Positions 23,230-35,094 of a stretch of 64,000 nt of DNA are shown here, piece by piece. How positions within the stretch are numbered: position 1 is the stretch's first letter; each line of letters begins with the position of its first letter. The stretch is from Podarcis cretensis (Eukaryota): NCBI GenBank assembly GCA_951804945.1, contig OX638161.1, positions 15,190,001 to 15,254,000 on the forward strand, in the 5' to 3' direction. The position numbers were made by a program, and so were the translations under genes. The notes under the pieces were generated by a model. That model saw only the letters and a list, made by a program, of their open reading frames with translations, did not search any database and had not been told where the DNA came from.

Positions 23230-24314
23230 TAAAACACTACTCATGAGGACTTATTTACATTGCACTGAATTGTTACAGGATGTGATTTATGCTGTACATT
23301 ATTTCATCACTTCTATGGGTTGTAAATTGCCTTGAGTACAGCAGTGCAGAAAAGCAGGTAATGAATTAAAAATGAAATGTGAAAGGAACTCCTTATCATT
23401 CCTTTCTCTTTTAAAGCTTTAAAAAGGTTTGGGTCCAAGTTATTTGAAGGCCCAAGTGCACTTTGAGTGCAACATCTGATATCAACACAAAACCAAGTCC
23501 TCAGTGTTATCAGCCCAATCGTGGGAATACTGTCCCAACAGAGATTCAGCAGGTGTATTCCCTATTAATCTTTACTCTCTTTTTTGGGAAAACTTTTATG
23601 CTGCCAGGTTTTTGTAGACAATTCAAAAACTCATTTTTGTTACAGTCAGTTGGTGATCTGTGGTTTTGGTTTTTATTGTACAGTATATATATTTGTTATA
23701 TGCCATACTTAATTTTTTAAATAAATTGTTGTATGTAAGTATTTTTATAAACGAACAGGTGGAAGTCCTGCTTGTCACCAAGTGCAATTAAACTGGCATA
23801 TAGAAAGGGGAGAACATTTTCCAGAGTAGCCCCAAGGCTCTGGAACTCTTTATCAACTAGGCTCTTGGAAAGATCCAAGAACTCAACTATTCTTGCCGAG
23901 TTTTCCTTGAAGATTTTTGGAATTAAAAGAAATTGCTGTGTTTTCTTGCTGCTGTTGATTTTGATTATATTGGACTTTAATTTCATCTGTCTGTTTTATT
24001 ATGTATTGGCTTGTCAATCTTTTTTATTTGTGATTGCATTAGGCTGCTTTTATGGATGCCACTTTGAGAGAGCTTTTGCTTTTAAAGGCAGCATAGAAGC
24101 ATTTTAAATAAAAATAAATCCACAGTTATCTATGCTGGCTAGGGGACGCTGCCTCATCTAGAGATTGTGTGTTGTGTTCAGCTTTTATTCAGAGCAGACT
24201 CACCAAAGTTAAGGGACCCAAGTTTGCCATGGCCATTCATTTCACTGGGTCTACTCTGAGTAAAAGTTAGAAAGACAGCTGAATATAACCAACCCCATGG
24301 GTGCATTCACTCAC

Positions 24315-24351
24315 CGAGATTTTGCCAGTGCCGAAGCGTCCAGTCAGCCAT
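24315..24351 (-). CDS. DBF4B: DBF4B coding exon 1 (start codon; MADWTLRHWQNL)
   Basis: aaaATGG start at 24351 and G|gtgagt donor, phase 1, which matches the next exon. Positionally equivalent to human MAESRLRAPDL. The exon's acceptor is probably at 24423-24424. Confidence 0.7.
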
Positions 24352-25000
24352 TTTAGCAGAGAAAGCTGGGATGGGCTACGCCAGCAGAATCCTCAGCATT
24401 AAAAAATAATCACTTCAGAAGGCTAAAACAAAAGGAAAATAAAGTTATCAGCCTTGAAGTTGTCACGTTCTGAGGACGTTTGCTGAAGCTCCAAGAATAT
24501 TTAAAACAAAGAGTTCCCAAGAGCACAGATAAAAGTTCTGCTATACTGCAGTCCAGAAAACCTTCTCATATTAAGGCAGTCAAGTGCGCTCACTCTGTAA
24601 CAGACCCTTAAAGAGAGAATAACTGTACCCCAAGCATGCCTCAGCCAACTCTCAGCTTTCTTCTCCTCCAAATTCACATGACAAAAACTGCTTTGTTTTC
24701 ACAATGACTCGCATGTATCAAACCCCCCACCGAATCCGCCCTTGCAGGGACGTTGTCCATTCAAGAAAAGAAATGAGGAGCACACAGAGTAATTGGGGAA
24801 TCATAACTCTTGCATTCACTGGGGAACACCAGGCAAAATCACAGCGGGACCCATTAACATGGCGAAGGCTATTTAGCAATAATGTGTGAACAAACACGTT
24901 CACGAGACCAAAAACACTGCAATCGAGTAAAAGCTTTAAGCAGATCCCATCAGTGGGATCCTCAACCAGCATTCCTTTAAAAAGCGGACCTTTTACTTAC

Positions 25001-25280
25001 ACGTAAAACTTTCTTCCGCCCATGAATTTAAGACCTTGTTTTCCCGAAACTGCCAATGGACCAAGTTTAAATTTCCTGCCAATAGCTATGGTTGTTAAAG
25101 AGTTTGTGAGCTACGGCGGCCGGGAAGGGCGAAACTGAAGGGAGAGGGAGGGGCTTGAGAGGGGGAAGCTTACATAGGAAACAACTCCAGATGCAATTCG
25201 GATCGCGTGATGCATTGGGAAAGGGAGCAAGTGGCGGAGCGCGGTTTCAAGTGAAAGGCGAGAGGTTCACTCCACACCAC
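25001..25280 (-). promoter_or_regulatory. DBF4B promoter and probable non-coding first exon
   Basis: gtaagt donor at 25000, local CpG enrichment, CCAAT boxes at 25053 and 25079, E2F-like GC motifs (ggccgggaa, gggcgaaa). Confidence 0.55.
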
Positions 25281-25526
25281 CTCTCTGCCTCTGATTTCCT
25301 TGTTATTCATGGTTATTTCACAAAACAGGCTACATCTCCTGTGCTGCAGCTGTGCTCTCCCACCCACTAACTGGGAGCTCAATGGATTTATTGGTTATGG
25401 GGCTGAAAGTCAACTGCTTCGGGCTCTGATAAAAAACCATGGGTTCACATGGCACAAGGGTGGGGTGCTGATGTATCCTGTTTTACATGAACCAGTCCTC
25501 TTTTGAAAGGGCTGTCCACTTGAAGC

Positions 25527-25568
25527 CATGGGTGTAGCCAAGGGAGGGCAAGGGGGACAGCTGCCCCC

Positions 25569-25608
<40 letters not shown>

Positions 25609-26070
25609 ACATACATACACACAGTGGTACCTTGGGTTACATACGCTTCAGGTTACATACACTTCAGGTTACAGACTCTGCTAACCCAGAAATAGTACCT
25701 TGGGTTAAGAACTTTGCTTCAGGATGAGAACAAAAATCGCGTGGTGGCAGCAGCGGGAGGCCCCATTAGCTAAAGTGGTACCTCAGGTTAAGAACAGTTT
25801 CAGGTTAAGAACAGACCTCCAGAACGAATTAAGTGCTTAACCTGAGGTACCACTGTGTGTGTGTGTCTGTGTATACAAATGTATATATATGTGTACCCCT
25901 GTATATATGTGTATCCCTGACTATTAGGTCCAGTCATGGACGACTCTGGGGTTGTGCGCTCATCTCGCTGTATAGGCCAAGGGAGCCGGAGTTTCTTCAC
26001 AGACAGCTTCCGGGTCATGTGGCCAGCATGACTAAGCCGTTTCTGGCGAACCGTTTACCTTATGCCCATG
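25527..26070. mobile_element. hAT MITE (CATGGG(C/T)GTAGCC ends) with nested (AT)n, MITE family 1 (25622-25855) and a partial Sauria SINE
   Basis: Perfect 8-bp TSD cttgaagc at 25519-25526 and 26071-26078. Confidence 0.85.
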
Positions 26071-27768
26071 CTTGAAGCCCAGTTTAAAGGTGATGCACTA
26101 GAAGAGGGTTGGACTAGATGACCCTCAGGGTCCCTTCCAGTCTGACTGTCCATTTAAGAGGAGTATGTTGTGCAGCAGTTATTAATCATGGACAGAAGAG
26201 TAGGCCAAGCTAATTTTGTTTGGCTGGTTGGCAACCCTGATGTAGGTTACGGAGGTTGGGGGTGGGGGGAATCAGGATTCTGTAACTTTCACAGCTGTGT
26301 GGGTGGCTTTCCTTCTCATCACTGCAATCCCATGGCGGGAAAAGCCGCAAGCGATGGTTTTCTATCAGTCATGCCACCCAAAAGTGCAAGATGGAGAACT
26401 CTGAGGTTAAGGCGCTTTAGGGTAACTCATCTACGCCAAATGATATGGAGAGTTTGCTTTCTACATACTAATCTGAGTACAGACATTGCATTCAGCATCA
26501 CTCTGGGCAGGCCAATTTCTTTCTTACCCTCCCGGATGTCTGAATTATTCAGAATGAATGGAAAGGTGTCAACATGACAAGGGTTGAAGACAGCTTACTA
26601 GGCATTTTGTTTGTCAATTAATGACAGGGTCATTTAGGAGAGCAAGCAGGGGTTTTTTCCTTCCAGCCTAACTACAGTTGCAATGAATACTGGAAACCCC
26701 AAAGCAATCGTTTTTTAAGTTGGAGGTGTGTGTGTGTAGCATTGATTCTGTGTAGGACTATCTTTCCAAGTATATATATATATTTAATGACTTCTGAACA
26801 TTTTCATTTCACGGCACATATAGTGTGTTAAAGGGGCTTCCGATGGCACCTGTTTTGTGGAACAAAAACACCTGAAATACGGTGGGCTCAAACAGGGGTA
26901 TGCATCAGGAATCGATTGACTAGCAGAGGCAGGTGGCCGGTTGGTTGCCAGACTCCTACAATTGCTATAAAGACAGATTGGTTTCACTCGCCTGTGCTGA
27001 ACACCATACATTTGACTTGACATCTTGCATTGTAGCTGTTTGATGTTTTTAGTATTTTAAAGTAAATATAAGAAAAATTGAACAGCTATTTGAATTTGAC
27101 CTGCCATTTGAATTTGGATGGGGGATTTTTAAGAACTTGTTCCTCCTTGACAGTATGTTCCCCTCATAAAAACTTAACTTTCTTCTTAGGTGTTTCCTGA
27201 CTATTGAGGCCAGTTTTAAACTGCCTTCTCTGCTGGCTTGATGTTTTACTGTATTGATATACTTTACTGTATTTCAGAGGTACTGACGGTGATCTTTCCG
27301 AATTACTGGAGAATGGGTCAGATGCCAGGAGACTGGTGGTGAGTAAATGCTGGTCCCATTTTAAAAAAATGGGTGGTGGTGGCTGATCATGTGAAGAGAG
27401 TCTATGCTTGTGAAAACACTATACCTTGAATGTACATTCAAAACACATCGTTTCCCTCCAAGAATACTGGGCATTGATGTTTACCCATCAGTTACAATTC
27501 CCAGCAACCTGTAACAAACTATAGTGTCTATACAGTAATTATTTGGTGAAATGTCCTTAAATGTGCTCTAAAGGTACAATGTATACATGAGTTCCATTCT
27601 TCTTCTTCCTTTGGCGATCACTCGTAGCCGAGTAAGATTGTCTTCCATGAACATGGTCTTACCAGTGAGTCCGTGACTGTGGAAGCCAATTCTGGATCCA
27701 TACATCCTTCCACAGTGGAAACTGTGAGGAAACCATGAGGATCATCTACAGTCTGACTAGTTCAGGAT

Positions 27769-28528
27769 TATGGGCGTAGCCAAGACTTATTTTTTGGAGG
27801 GCAGGCTTGGGTTGGGTGGGCAGAACTGGGTTATCTGCAACACAATTAGTCAGTTAAGTATTTTTATTTATTTACCGTATTTTTTGCTCTATAAGACTCA
27901 CTTCTTCCTTCCTAAAAAGTAAGGGGAAATGTGTGTGCGTCTTATGGAGCGAATGCAGGTTGTGCAGCTATCCCAGAAGCCAGAACAGCAAGAGGGATTG
28001 CTGCTTTCACTGCCCAGCGATCCCTCTTGCTGTTCTGGCTTCTGAGATTCAGAATACCTTTTTTCTTGTTTTCCTCCTCCAAAAACTAGGTGCGTCTTGT
28101 GGTCTGGTGCATCTTATAGAGCGAAAAATAAAGTACAGTAGTGCCTCGCAAGACAAAATTAATCCGTTCCGCGAGTCTCTTCGTCTAGCGGTTTTTTCGT
28201 CTTACGAAGCAAGCCCATTGACGGCTTAGCGGATTAGCGCTATTAGCGGCTTTTAGCAGCTTATTGGCTTAGCGGATCAGCTGATAAGCAGCTTAGCGGC
28301 TTAGAAAATGGGGGGGGGGGAGGAAAAAAACCCCGCAGGAACTCGCAAGACATTTTCGTCTTGCGAAGCAAGCCCATAGGGAAATTCGTTTTGCGAAGCG
28401 CCTCCAAAACGGAAAACCCTTTCGTCTAGCGGGTTTTCCGTCTTGCGAGGCGTTCGTCTTGCGGGGCACCACTGTACTTGATTTAGGGGGGCAGCTGCCC
28501 CCCCTGCCTCTTGGCTACTACGCCCATG
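27769..28528. mobile_element. Second copy of the same hAT MITE with nested family 2 (27875-28133) and family 3 (28136-28474) MITEs
   Basis: 8-bp TSD ttcaggat/ttctggat; ends tatgggcgtagccaag and cttggctactacgcccatg. Confidence 0.85.
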
Positions 28529-28929
28529 TTCTGGATGCCCCAATTTAAGGAGGACATTGACCAACGGGAGCATGTTAACAGATGAGTGACTGGGACGGTG
28601 CCAGGTGCGTTATATCTGGAAAAGTAAGTCTTTCCAGGGTAATGTTTATCTTGGAAAAATGAGGAATTCCAGGGCTGTCAGGACAAAAGGCTGGAGCACT
28701 TTCTCTGTGGCTCCAAATGGCAAAACCCTCTGCAAAGAAAGGGTTATCTACTCCAACCCCTTGCATGTGAGGAATCTCAGCTAGTTCATCCATCACAGAT
28801 GGCCATCTAAAAAACCTCTTACTTCAAAACCTCCAAGGAAGGAGAGAGAGCAAGGATCGCTCTGAAAGCAGCAGGATCAGTCCAAGGCATTTCACCGAGG
28901 CGGTTTGCAAGGCGGGTCTCTCTAAATCC

Positions 28930-29720
28930 CAACCCTACGCGCGCCTTCTTGGGGAGGCAAGTCTCCCATGGAGCGGAACGAGGGTCTGCACTTGAGTATT
29001 GCGCTGACACGCAGAATGGCAGCAACTCTCGGGTTTTCCGAGCACGTCTGAATCAACCCCATGACATATCCTCGCGAGTTCCCAGCAACGCGTTTCTTTT
29101 TCTCTCACCGCCCTCTGCAAGAGGCGACACGGGCTGGTTTCTTTTGCCGTCGTTTTTGTCCCGCGCGCCCTGAGAGAGAAAACGGCTCTTCGCGGGCGTC
29201 GCCTCAGTCCTTTTCTGCAAACCTCTTGAGGAGGCGGATAAGGGAGAGCTGGCCCGTACTGCCCATGCGCAGCTTCCGCCGCCGCCGCGCAGGCGCGCTT
29301 CCTCCTCCTCCTCCTCCTCCCCAGGGTTGGTGGCGAGCCAAGATGGCGGCGCCCTGCGCGTTCGAGCCGTGGCTGGAGGGGCGCCTGGCTGCACTGGGTC
29401 TCGACGGGGACGTGTACGGCGGGTACATACGGGGCGTGCTGCGCGAGGCTGAGTGCGACGCCGAGCGGCTGGAAGGGCTGGCAGGGGCGCTGGCGGCGGG
29501 GGAGCAGGTGAGCGAGAAACGCGCCGCACCGCATTGCAGCGCCAGGGAGGGAAGGGGGCAGTCGCGGGTGCCGCCTCTCTCTTCTGGAGCTTATTTCGTC
29601 CCTGCCTGTCTGGAACCCAGGGTCTCCCGTGAGTAACTTCCGAGGGAGGGAGCTGATCTGGATAGCGAGGAATGGGTTCGATTCCTCCCCACAGGGCCGG
29701 CCCTGCCATGGGGGCAGCTG
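28930..29720 (+). promoter_or_regulatory. CpG island promoter of CCDC43
   Basis: High CpG density. CTCGCGAG core at 29071-29078, NRF1-like GCGCAGGCGC at 29287-29296, YY1 consensus CAAGATGGCGGC at 29339-29350 over the ATG. Confidence 0.85.
29343..29507 (+). CDS. CCDC43: CCDC43 exon 1 ([33 protein letters not shown]...)
   Basis: aagATGG start, CAG|gtgagc donor, 55 codons. Recognised CCDC43 N-terminus. Confidence 0.93.
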
Positions 29721-29937
29721 CCTCGGGCGGCCAGTTGTGGGGGGGGGGGAAAGGTGCCTAGAAAAGGGCAGCAGTCTAGCCCCCCGAGCTAGCTTTCTGC
29801 CTTCATGTGGCTGGCACGCTAGGGAAGCAACTGTTTTGGGTGACATGCACCTCCCCACCAGGGTGCTGGACCCGATCTGTGTCTGTGGCAGGTCTTGCCC
29901 CAGGTGCCAAAAGGTCTCTGTATATAAAATAATAATA

Positions 29938-30520
29938 CAGTGGTACCTCGGGTTAATGGGACGCAGGTGGCGCTGTGGGTTAAAGCCTCAGCGCCTAGGG
30001 CTTGCCGATCGAAAGGTCGGCGGTTCGAATCCCTGCGGCGGGGTGCGCTCCCGCTGCTCGGTCCCAGCGCCTGCCAACCTAGCAGTTCGAAAGCACCTCC
30101 GGGTGCAAGTAGATAAATAGGGACCGCTTACCAGCGGGAAGGTAAACGGCGTTTCCGTGTGCGGCTCTGGCTCGCCAGAGCAGCGATGTCACGCTGGCCA
30201 CGTGACCCGGAAGTGTCTCCGGACAGCGCTGGCCCCTGGCCTCTTAAGTGAGATGGGCGCACAACCCCAGAGTCTGTCAAGACTGGCCCGTACGGGCAGG
30301 GGTACCTTTACCTCGGGTTACATATGCTTCAGGTTACAGACTCTGCTAACCCAGAAATAGTGCTTCAGGTTAAGAACTTTGCTTCAGGATAAGAACAGAA
30401 ATCGTGCTCCGGTGGCAGCGGGAGGCCCCATTAGCTAAAGTGGTGCTTCAGGTTAAGAACAGTTTCAGGTTAAGAACGGACCTTCAGAACGAATTAAGTA
30501 CCTAGCCCGAGGTACCACTG
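29938..30520. mobile_element. MITE family 1 split by a Sauria SINE
   Basis: TIRs with TA on both sides. Confidence 0.88.
29958..30308 (+). mobile_element. Sauria SINE, subfamily B, inserted in a MITE terminal repeat
   Basis: 12-bp TSD tacctcgggtta at 29944-29955 and 30309-30320. Confidence 0.92.
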
Positions 30521-30960
30521 TAATATTACAGTCATACCTCGGGTTACAGACACTTCACGTTGCCGTTTTCGGGTTGCACACCACACCGAACCAGGAAGTA
30601 CCGGAACAGGTTCCTTCTGGGTTTCGGCACTCGCGCATGTGCAGAACCACAAAATCACGCATGTGCAGAAGCGCCAAATCGCAACCCGCCCGTGCACACA
30701 TGCGGCGCTGCAGGTTGTGAACGCTGCCTCCTGCAAGGATCATGTTCGCAACCCGTGAGTCCGCTATAATAATAATAAATTTATTTATACCCTGCTCATC
30801 TGACCGGGCCTCTCTAGCAACTCTGGGCGGCTCCCAACAAAATATTAAAAACACGATAAAACATCAAGCATTAAAAGCATAAGTCAGCTTGAACCAGACA
30901 GAACTAGTTGAGCTGTGGGGGTTTTTTTGGGGGGTGGGGGATCTCAGTCAATATTATAAT

Positions 30961-31455
30961 AATTTATACCCTGCCCATCTGGCTGGGTTTCCCCAGTCAC
31001 TCTGGGCGGGTCCCAACAGAATATTAAAAAACACGATAAAACATCAAACATTAAAAAACTTCCCTAAACAGGGCTGTCTTCAGATGTCTTCTAAAAGTGA
31101 GATAGTTGTTTATCTCCTTGACATCTAAAGGGAGGGCGTTCCACCAGGTGCCACTACTAAGAAGGCCCTCTGCCTGGTTCCCTGTAGCTTCACTTCTCAC
31201 AGTGACGGAACCACCAGAAGGCCCTCAGAGCTGGACCTCAGTGTCTGGGCTGAATGATGGAGGTGGAGAGGATGCTTCAGGTATACAGGACCGAGGCCGT
31301 TGAGGGCTTTAAAGGTCAGCACCAACACTTAATTGTGCTCGGAAACATACAGGACAGGTGTAAAATGGTCTTGGTGGCCACTCCCAGTTAGCAATCTAGC
31401 TGCCACATTCTGGATTAATTGTAGTTTCCGGGTCACCTTCAAAGGTAGCCCCATG
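30961..31455 (-). mobile_element. L2-like LINE 3' fragment
   Basis: Reverse complement of 35095-35828. Boundaries approximate. Confidence 0.7.
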
Positions 31456-31869
31456 CAATGAGTCTTGTGTGGCGTACTGGCTAAAAAGGCTCATAGAATC
31501 ATTGTACAGTTTGAAGGGGTCCCGAGGGTCATCTAGTCCAACCCCCCCTGCAATGCAGAAATTTCAACACACTGTTCCTGGCCGTGATCTAGCTTCTTGT
31601 CATGAACTTGGTTGGTATCCTTTTTAAGCCTCCTTCAATCAGCTCCCCCTCCACCCGTATCTGCAATGTGGGGACAATGCTGATCTACTTTGCAGGGTTA
31701 TCATGAGGATTCCAATGAGATAATAGCCCTCCCCAGGTGTTCTATTTATTCATGGGACCGTGGTGGTGAGTCCTGCCCTCTCTCTTGTTGTGTTTCCTCG
31801 GCCCCCTGTGGGTTGAAGGGTGAGTTTCTGAAACATGGAGGACCTGTACTCATCGAGGCTCCTTGCGTA

Positions 31870-32223
31870 CAGTGGTGCCTCGCAAGACGAAATTAATTCG
31901 TTCCGTGAGTTTTTTCGTCTTGCGATTTTTTCGTCTTGCGAAGCGCGGACTTTGGAAAAGCTTCAAAAATCACCAAAGTCTTCAAAAACCTCAAAAAAGG
32001 CTACCACACCGCGTGCTATGAGTTGCTCCTCGAAGTGAATGCACGGTTTTAAGAAAAAGGAAACAAACTTGCAAGACAAAGGAAACAAACTTGCAAGATG
32101 TTTTCGTCTTGCGAAGCAAGCCCATAGGGAAATCCGTCTTGCGAAGCAACTAAAAAAATGAAAAACTCTTTCGTTTTGCGAGTTTTTCGTCTTACGAGGC
32201 ATTCGTCTTTCGAGGTACCACTG
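31870..32223. mobile_element. Tc1/mariner-type MITE, family 3
   Basis: TIR CAGTGGT(G/A)CCTCG(C/A)AAGACGAA. Confidence 0.88.
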
Positions 32224-32532
32224 GAATTGGGAGGTTCCCCACTTCATGCATCTCATAGGACCAGATTGGTAGACTGTGAATGCCAGCCATTTTCTTTTCT
32301 CAGGTAATTCTCTCCATGAGTTGTAACTCCCATCATGCTTCAGAGAGAGAGAGCAAAGATCTCATATTTTGTATTGCCACAATAGTCATCAGTCTGTGGA
32401 CCTGAAGAGTGTTTCGCTCTGTGAATTAGTATCTTTACCTGCACTCGGGCATAGCATACCATACAGATATAAACATGTTACAGACATGTGATGTACAAAG
32501 TAAAAAATAAAAAGAGCAAAGTAGCTTTAAAC

Positions 32533-32660
32533 CAGGCTTCCTCAAACTCGGCCCTCCAGATGTTTTGAGACTACAATTCCCATCATCCCCGACCACTGGT
32601 CCTGCTAGCTAGGGATCATGGGAGTTGTAGGCCAAAAACATCTGGAGGGCCGAGTTTGAA
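32533..32660. mobile_element. Palindromic hAT-like MITE
   Basis: tcaaactcggccctccagatgtttt ... aaaacatctggagggccgagtttga inverted arms. Confidence 0.75.
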
Positions 32661-32922
32661 TTTATTTATTAAATTTGTATACCACCCTATACCCACAGAT
32701 CTTTTTACATTATAAAAAAACACAAAATACATAATAAAAATGAAAACAACTAAGCTAAACTTTTTGCTACACCTTGGTTAAATTCTGGGAGGGCTTTAAA
32801 AAAAATTGGCCAGGGGGCAGGTCCAGGTTTGGCATTCCAAGTCTCCCAAGTTGTCCCTTGCTGTGTCTTTGTGATCGACAAGCCTTTTTCCTCCACTAAT
32901 AAGCATCTTTTCTTTTAATCAG

Positions 32923-33010
32923 GATGAAGATGTACTACAAGAAGTTTGCAGAGAAATCATTGAAAGGTGGTCTAAGGCCCAAAATGATGGAAGTAATGAA
33001 AAGAAAGAAG
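32923..33010 (+). CDS. CCDC43: CCDC43 exon 2 (DEDVLQEVCREIIERWSKAQ...)
   Basis: ttttaatcag acceptor, G|gtattt donor, 88 nt. C.EI.ERWS motif. Confidence 0.93.
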
Positions 33011-33859
33011 GTATTTCACATTGCTTTTGGCATCACTGCAGTCGTTGCTGGATGCTTTCTGCGTGGCTCTCAACTTATTGGACCAAAACTTTAAAGTCTT
33101 CTCTCCCATATCTGCCCTCACCCTATTTGTTATTTCCTATTTCCTTCCCCCTTGATCTGTCAGGCATCGGTTCCCTGGAACAATAACGGAAGCTTTTTAG
33201 AAAAATTGTTTTCACTCTGCAGGTGAGGCTCTCTTGCACACACTGTCTTGTCAGGAGCTCTTGTTCCGCACAATGTAGGAATTGGGCCTTTAGTGTTGTG
33301 GCATCTGCCCTTTGGAATTCCCTCCCCTTGAATATTAGACAAGCACCGTCTCTGTTGGCTTTTTGGCGCCTACCGAAGCCCTTCCTCTACCCAACAACCC
33401 TTTTAAATTGAGATCTTTCTCAGTCTGCACCCTTAATGGAATTGTTTATAATAATTTTTTAAAATGCTTTATTGTTTGTCTGCCTTGGCTCCTTTGCAAG
33501 GAAGGACAGGATAAATAAGTAAAATAAAATAAATCTGAAGAGCAATTACAGATTAAATGAAAAATTACCCCCTATTCTATATTGCGTGCATTTCCTATAG
33601 ATTTTTTTTTTTTATTTTTTGGCGGCACCCATATTCCACTCCATAACACAGTTTTCTGGGCAGCTTGCAATAAAAACACTGTATATATAAAATAAAATAT
33701 TAAAGCATAAATTCAAAACTATAGCAGTAGAGCAAAACCAAGAGTACATGAGACCTACAAGATTATAAACAATAGATTTAATAAGGATTTTTCAGCCTTC
33801 TGTAAAAGGTTTATTAGTTATCGAGAGGTTAATAGGGTTATCTGTTTGATAAAAGTTTG

Positions 33860-34100
33860 ATATTTTTCCATAGGTCTGGCTATAACAGAACATTGGTTTT
33901 TACCTTCGAAAATACAAAAGATGTATGGTACAGAAAGCAGATGTTGGTACTGCAAAGCAGCAACAGGAGACTTGAGCCACTTGTGGTGGGAAAACATTTA
34001 ACGTTACTGGAGAATTATTACACAGATAATAGGAGCAATGCTAGTAATGCAATATGCAGTCCTGTGATATGTTTCCTTAATCATGTAAAATACTGTAATG
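33860..34100 (+). mobile_element. L1 ORF2 C-terminal remnant
   Basis: Off-track frame reads KMYGTESRCWYCKAATGDLSHLWWE, the L1 cysteine-rich zinc-knuckle pattern. Confidence 0.75.
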
Positions 34101-34249
34101 TGCTGCCTGATCAATAGGTACCTCTTTTAATCTACAAGCTAAGGAAATACAAAGATGGTCTTGATTTCACATGTGTAAAATGACAAATTTAAACACTAAT
34201 ATTATGAACGCTTGTATGTACAACACTTGCGTATAAATACATATGGATG

Positions 34250-34661
34250 TGTAACGGTTATAAGGGGTTACTTGTGCGTAAGTTGCCTTCAGTTTTGGTC
34301 AGATTGCCTGCCCAACCATGCCTTGGCTGACAGCTCACACTCCGTGGCCGGTCAGTCGCTTGCAGAATCCGTCAGTGGGCGTTTCTTGAACCTCTTCCAG
34401 CATAAGAGCTGTTTGACGCCAAGTCTCCTCCTACTTTCCCTGCGCGGAACTCGTCTGCGCAAGTAAGGGGAAGGCAGAGGCGTGTCAGCGCTCTCCCCAC
34501 TAGTCTCTGGTGAAGGGTCTTGGAGCCCTGTCTCCAAATCCTCCATCTCCTCCTCTTCTCTACTGGTGTTATGCTGAATTCCTTCCCCCCTGCTGGTCCC
34601 CTCTCCTGCATCGTTTTGGAGCCTTGCCTCCACCTCTCGCTCTGATGTCAGTTCCCTGACA
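34250..34661 (-). mobile_element. Solo LTR-like element (412 bp)
   Basis: TG...CA ends (tgtaacgg / ccctgaca) and perfect 5-bp TSD ggatg. Orientation is tentative. Confidence 0.8.
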
Positions 34662-35094
34662 GGATGTAATGATGTTTACATATTTTTAAAAATCAAAATA
34701 TTTAAGAGTGGTAGGAATGTCCCCAGTGTTCTTAAAATGACTTGGGTCTGACCTTCATCTTTCATGATTTTTATGTTCAGCATTTTATGTTGCCTTCCAT
34801 GTGTCATCAGAGCTTGAATATCTTCTGGAAGTGATGCAAGATTTAAAAAATGCATTTCGGGCAAGCAATTTGGGATGAGATGGGTGAGAAGTTATTTTAG
34901 GGGCCAGCTTAAAATACCGAACTGTTTTGATGTTGATTCCAAACGTTACTCGCCTTGTGCTCAAAATAGCACATGAAAACTGGCCACAAGCTGTTTCTCT
35001 CCAGTATCTTGGCTGTGCTGTAACTACAGAACATAAGGCCCCAAGGGTGAGATTCAAATAGGACTCAGCTCGCCTATGTGCGTTTCCAAGCACA

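Noticed and set aside
28935-29858. Long overlapping ORFs (307, 218 and 191 aa) around CCDC43 exon 1, including in-frame upstream ATGs at 29061 and 29265
   Set aside because: Expected stop-codon depletion in a CpG island. Low-complexity Pro/Arg/Ala translations; homology begins at the ATG at 29343.
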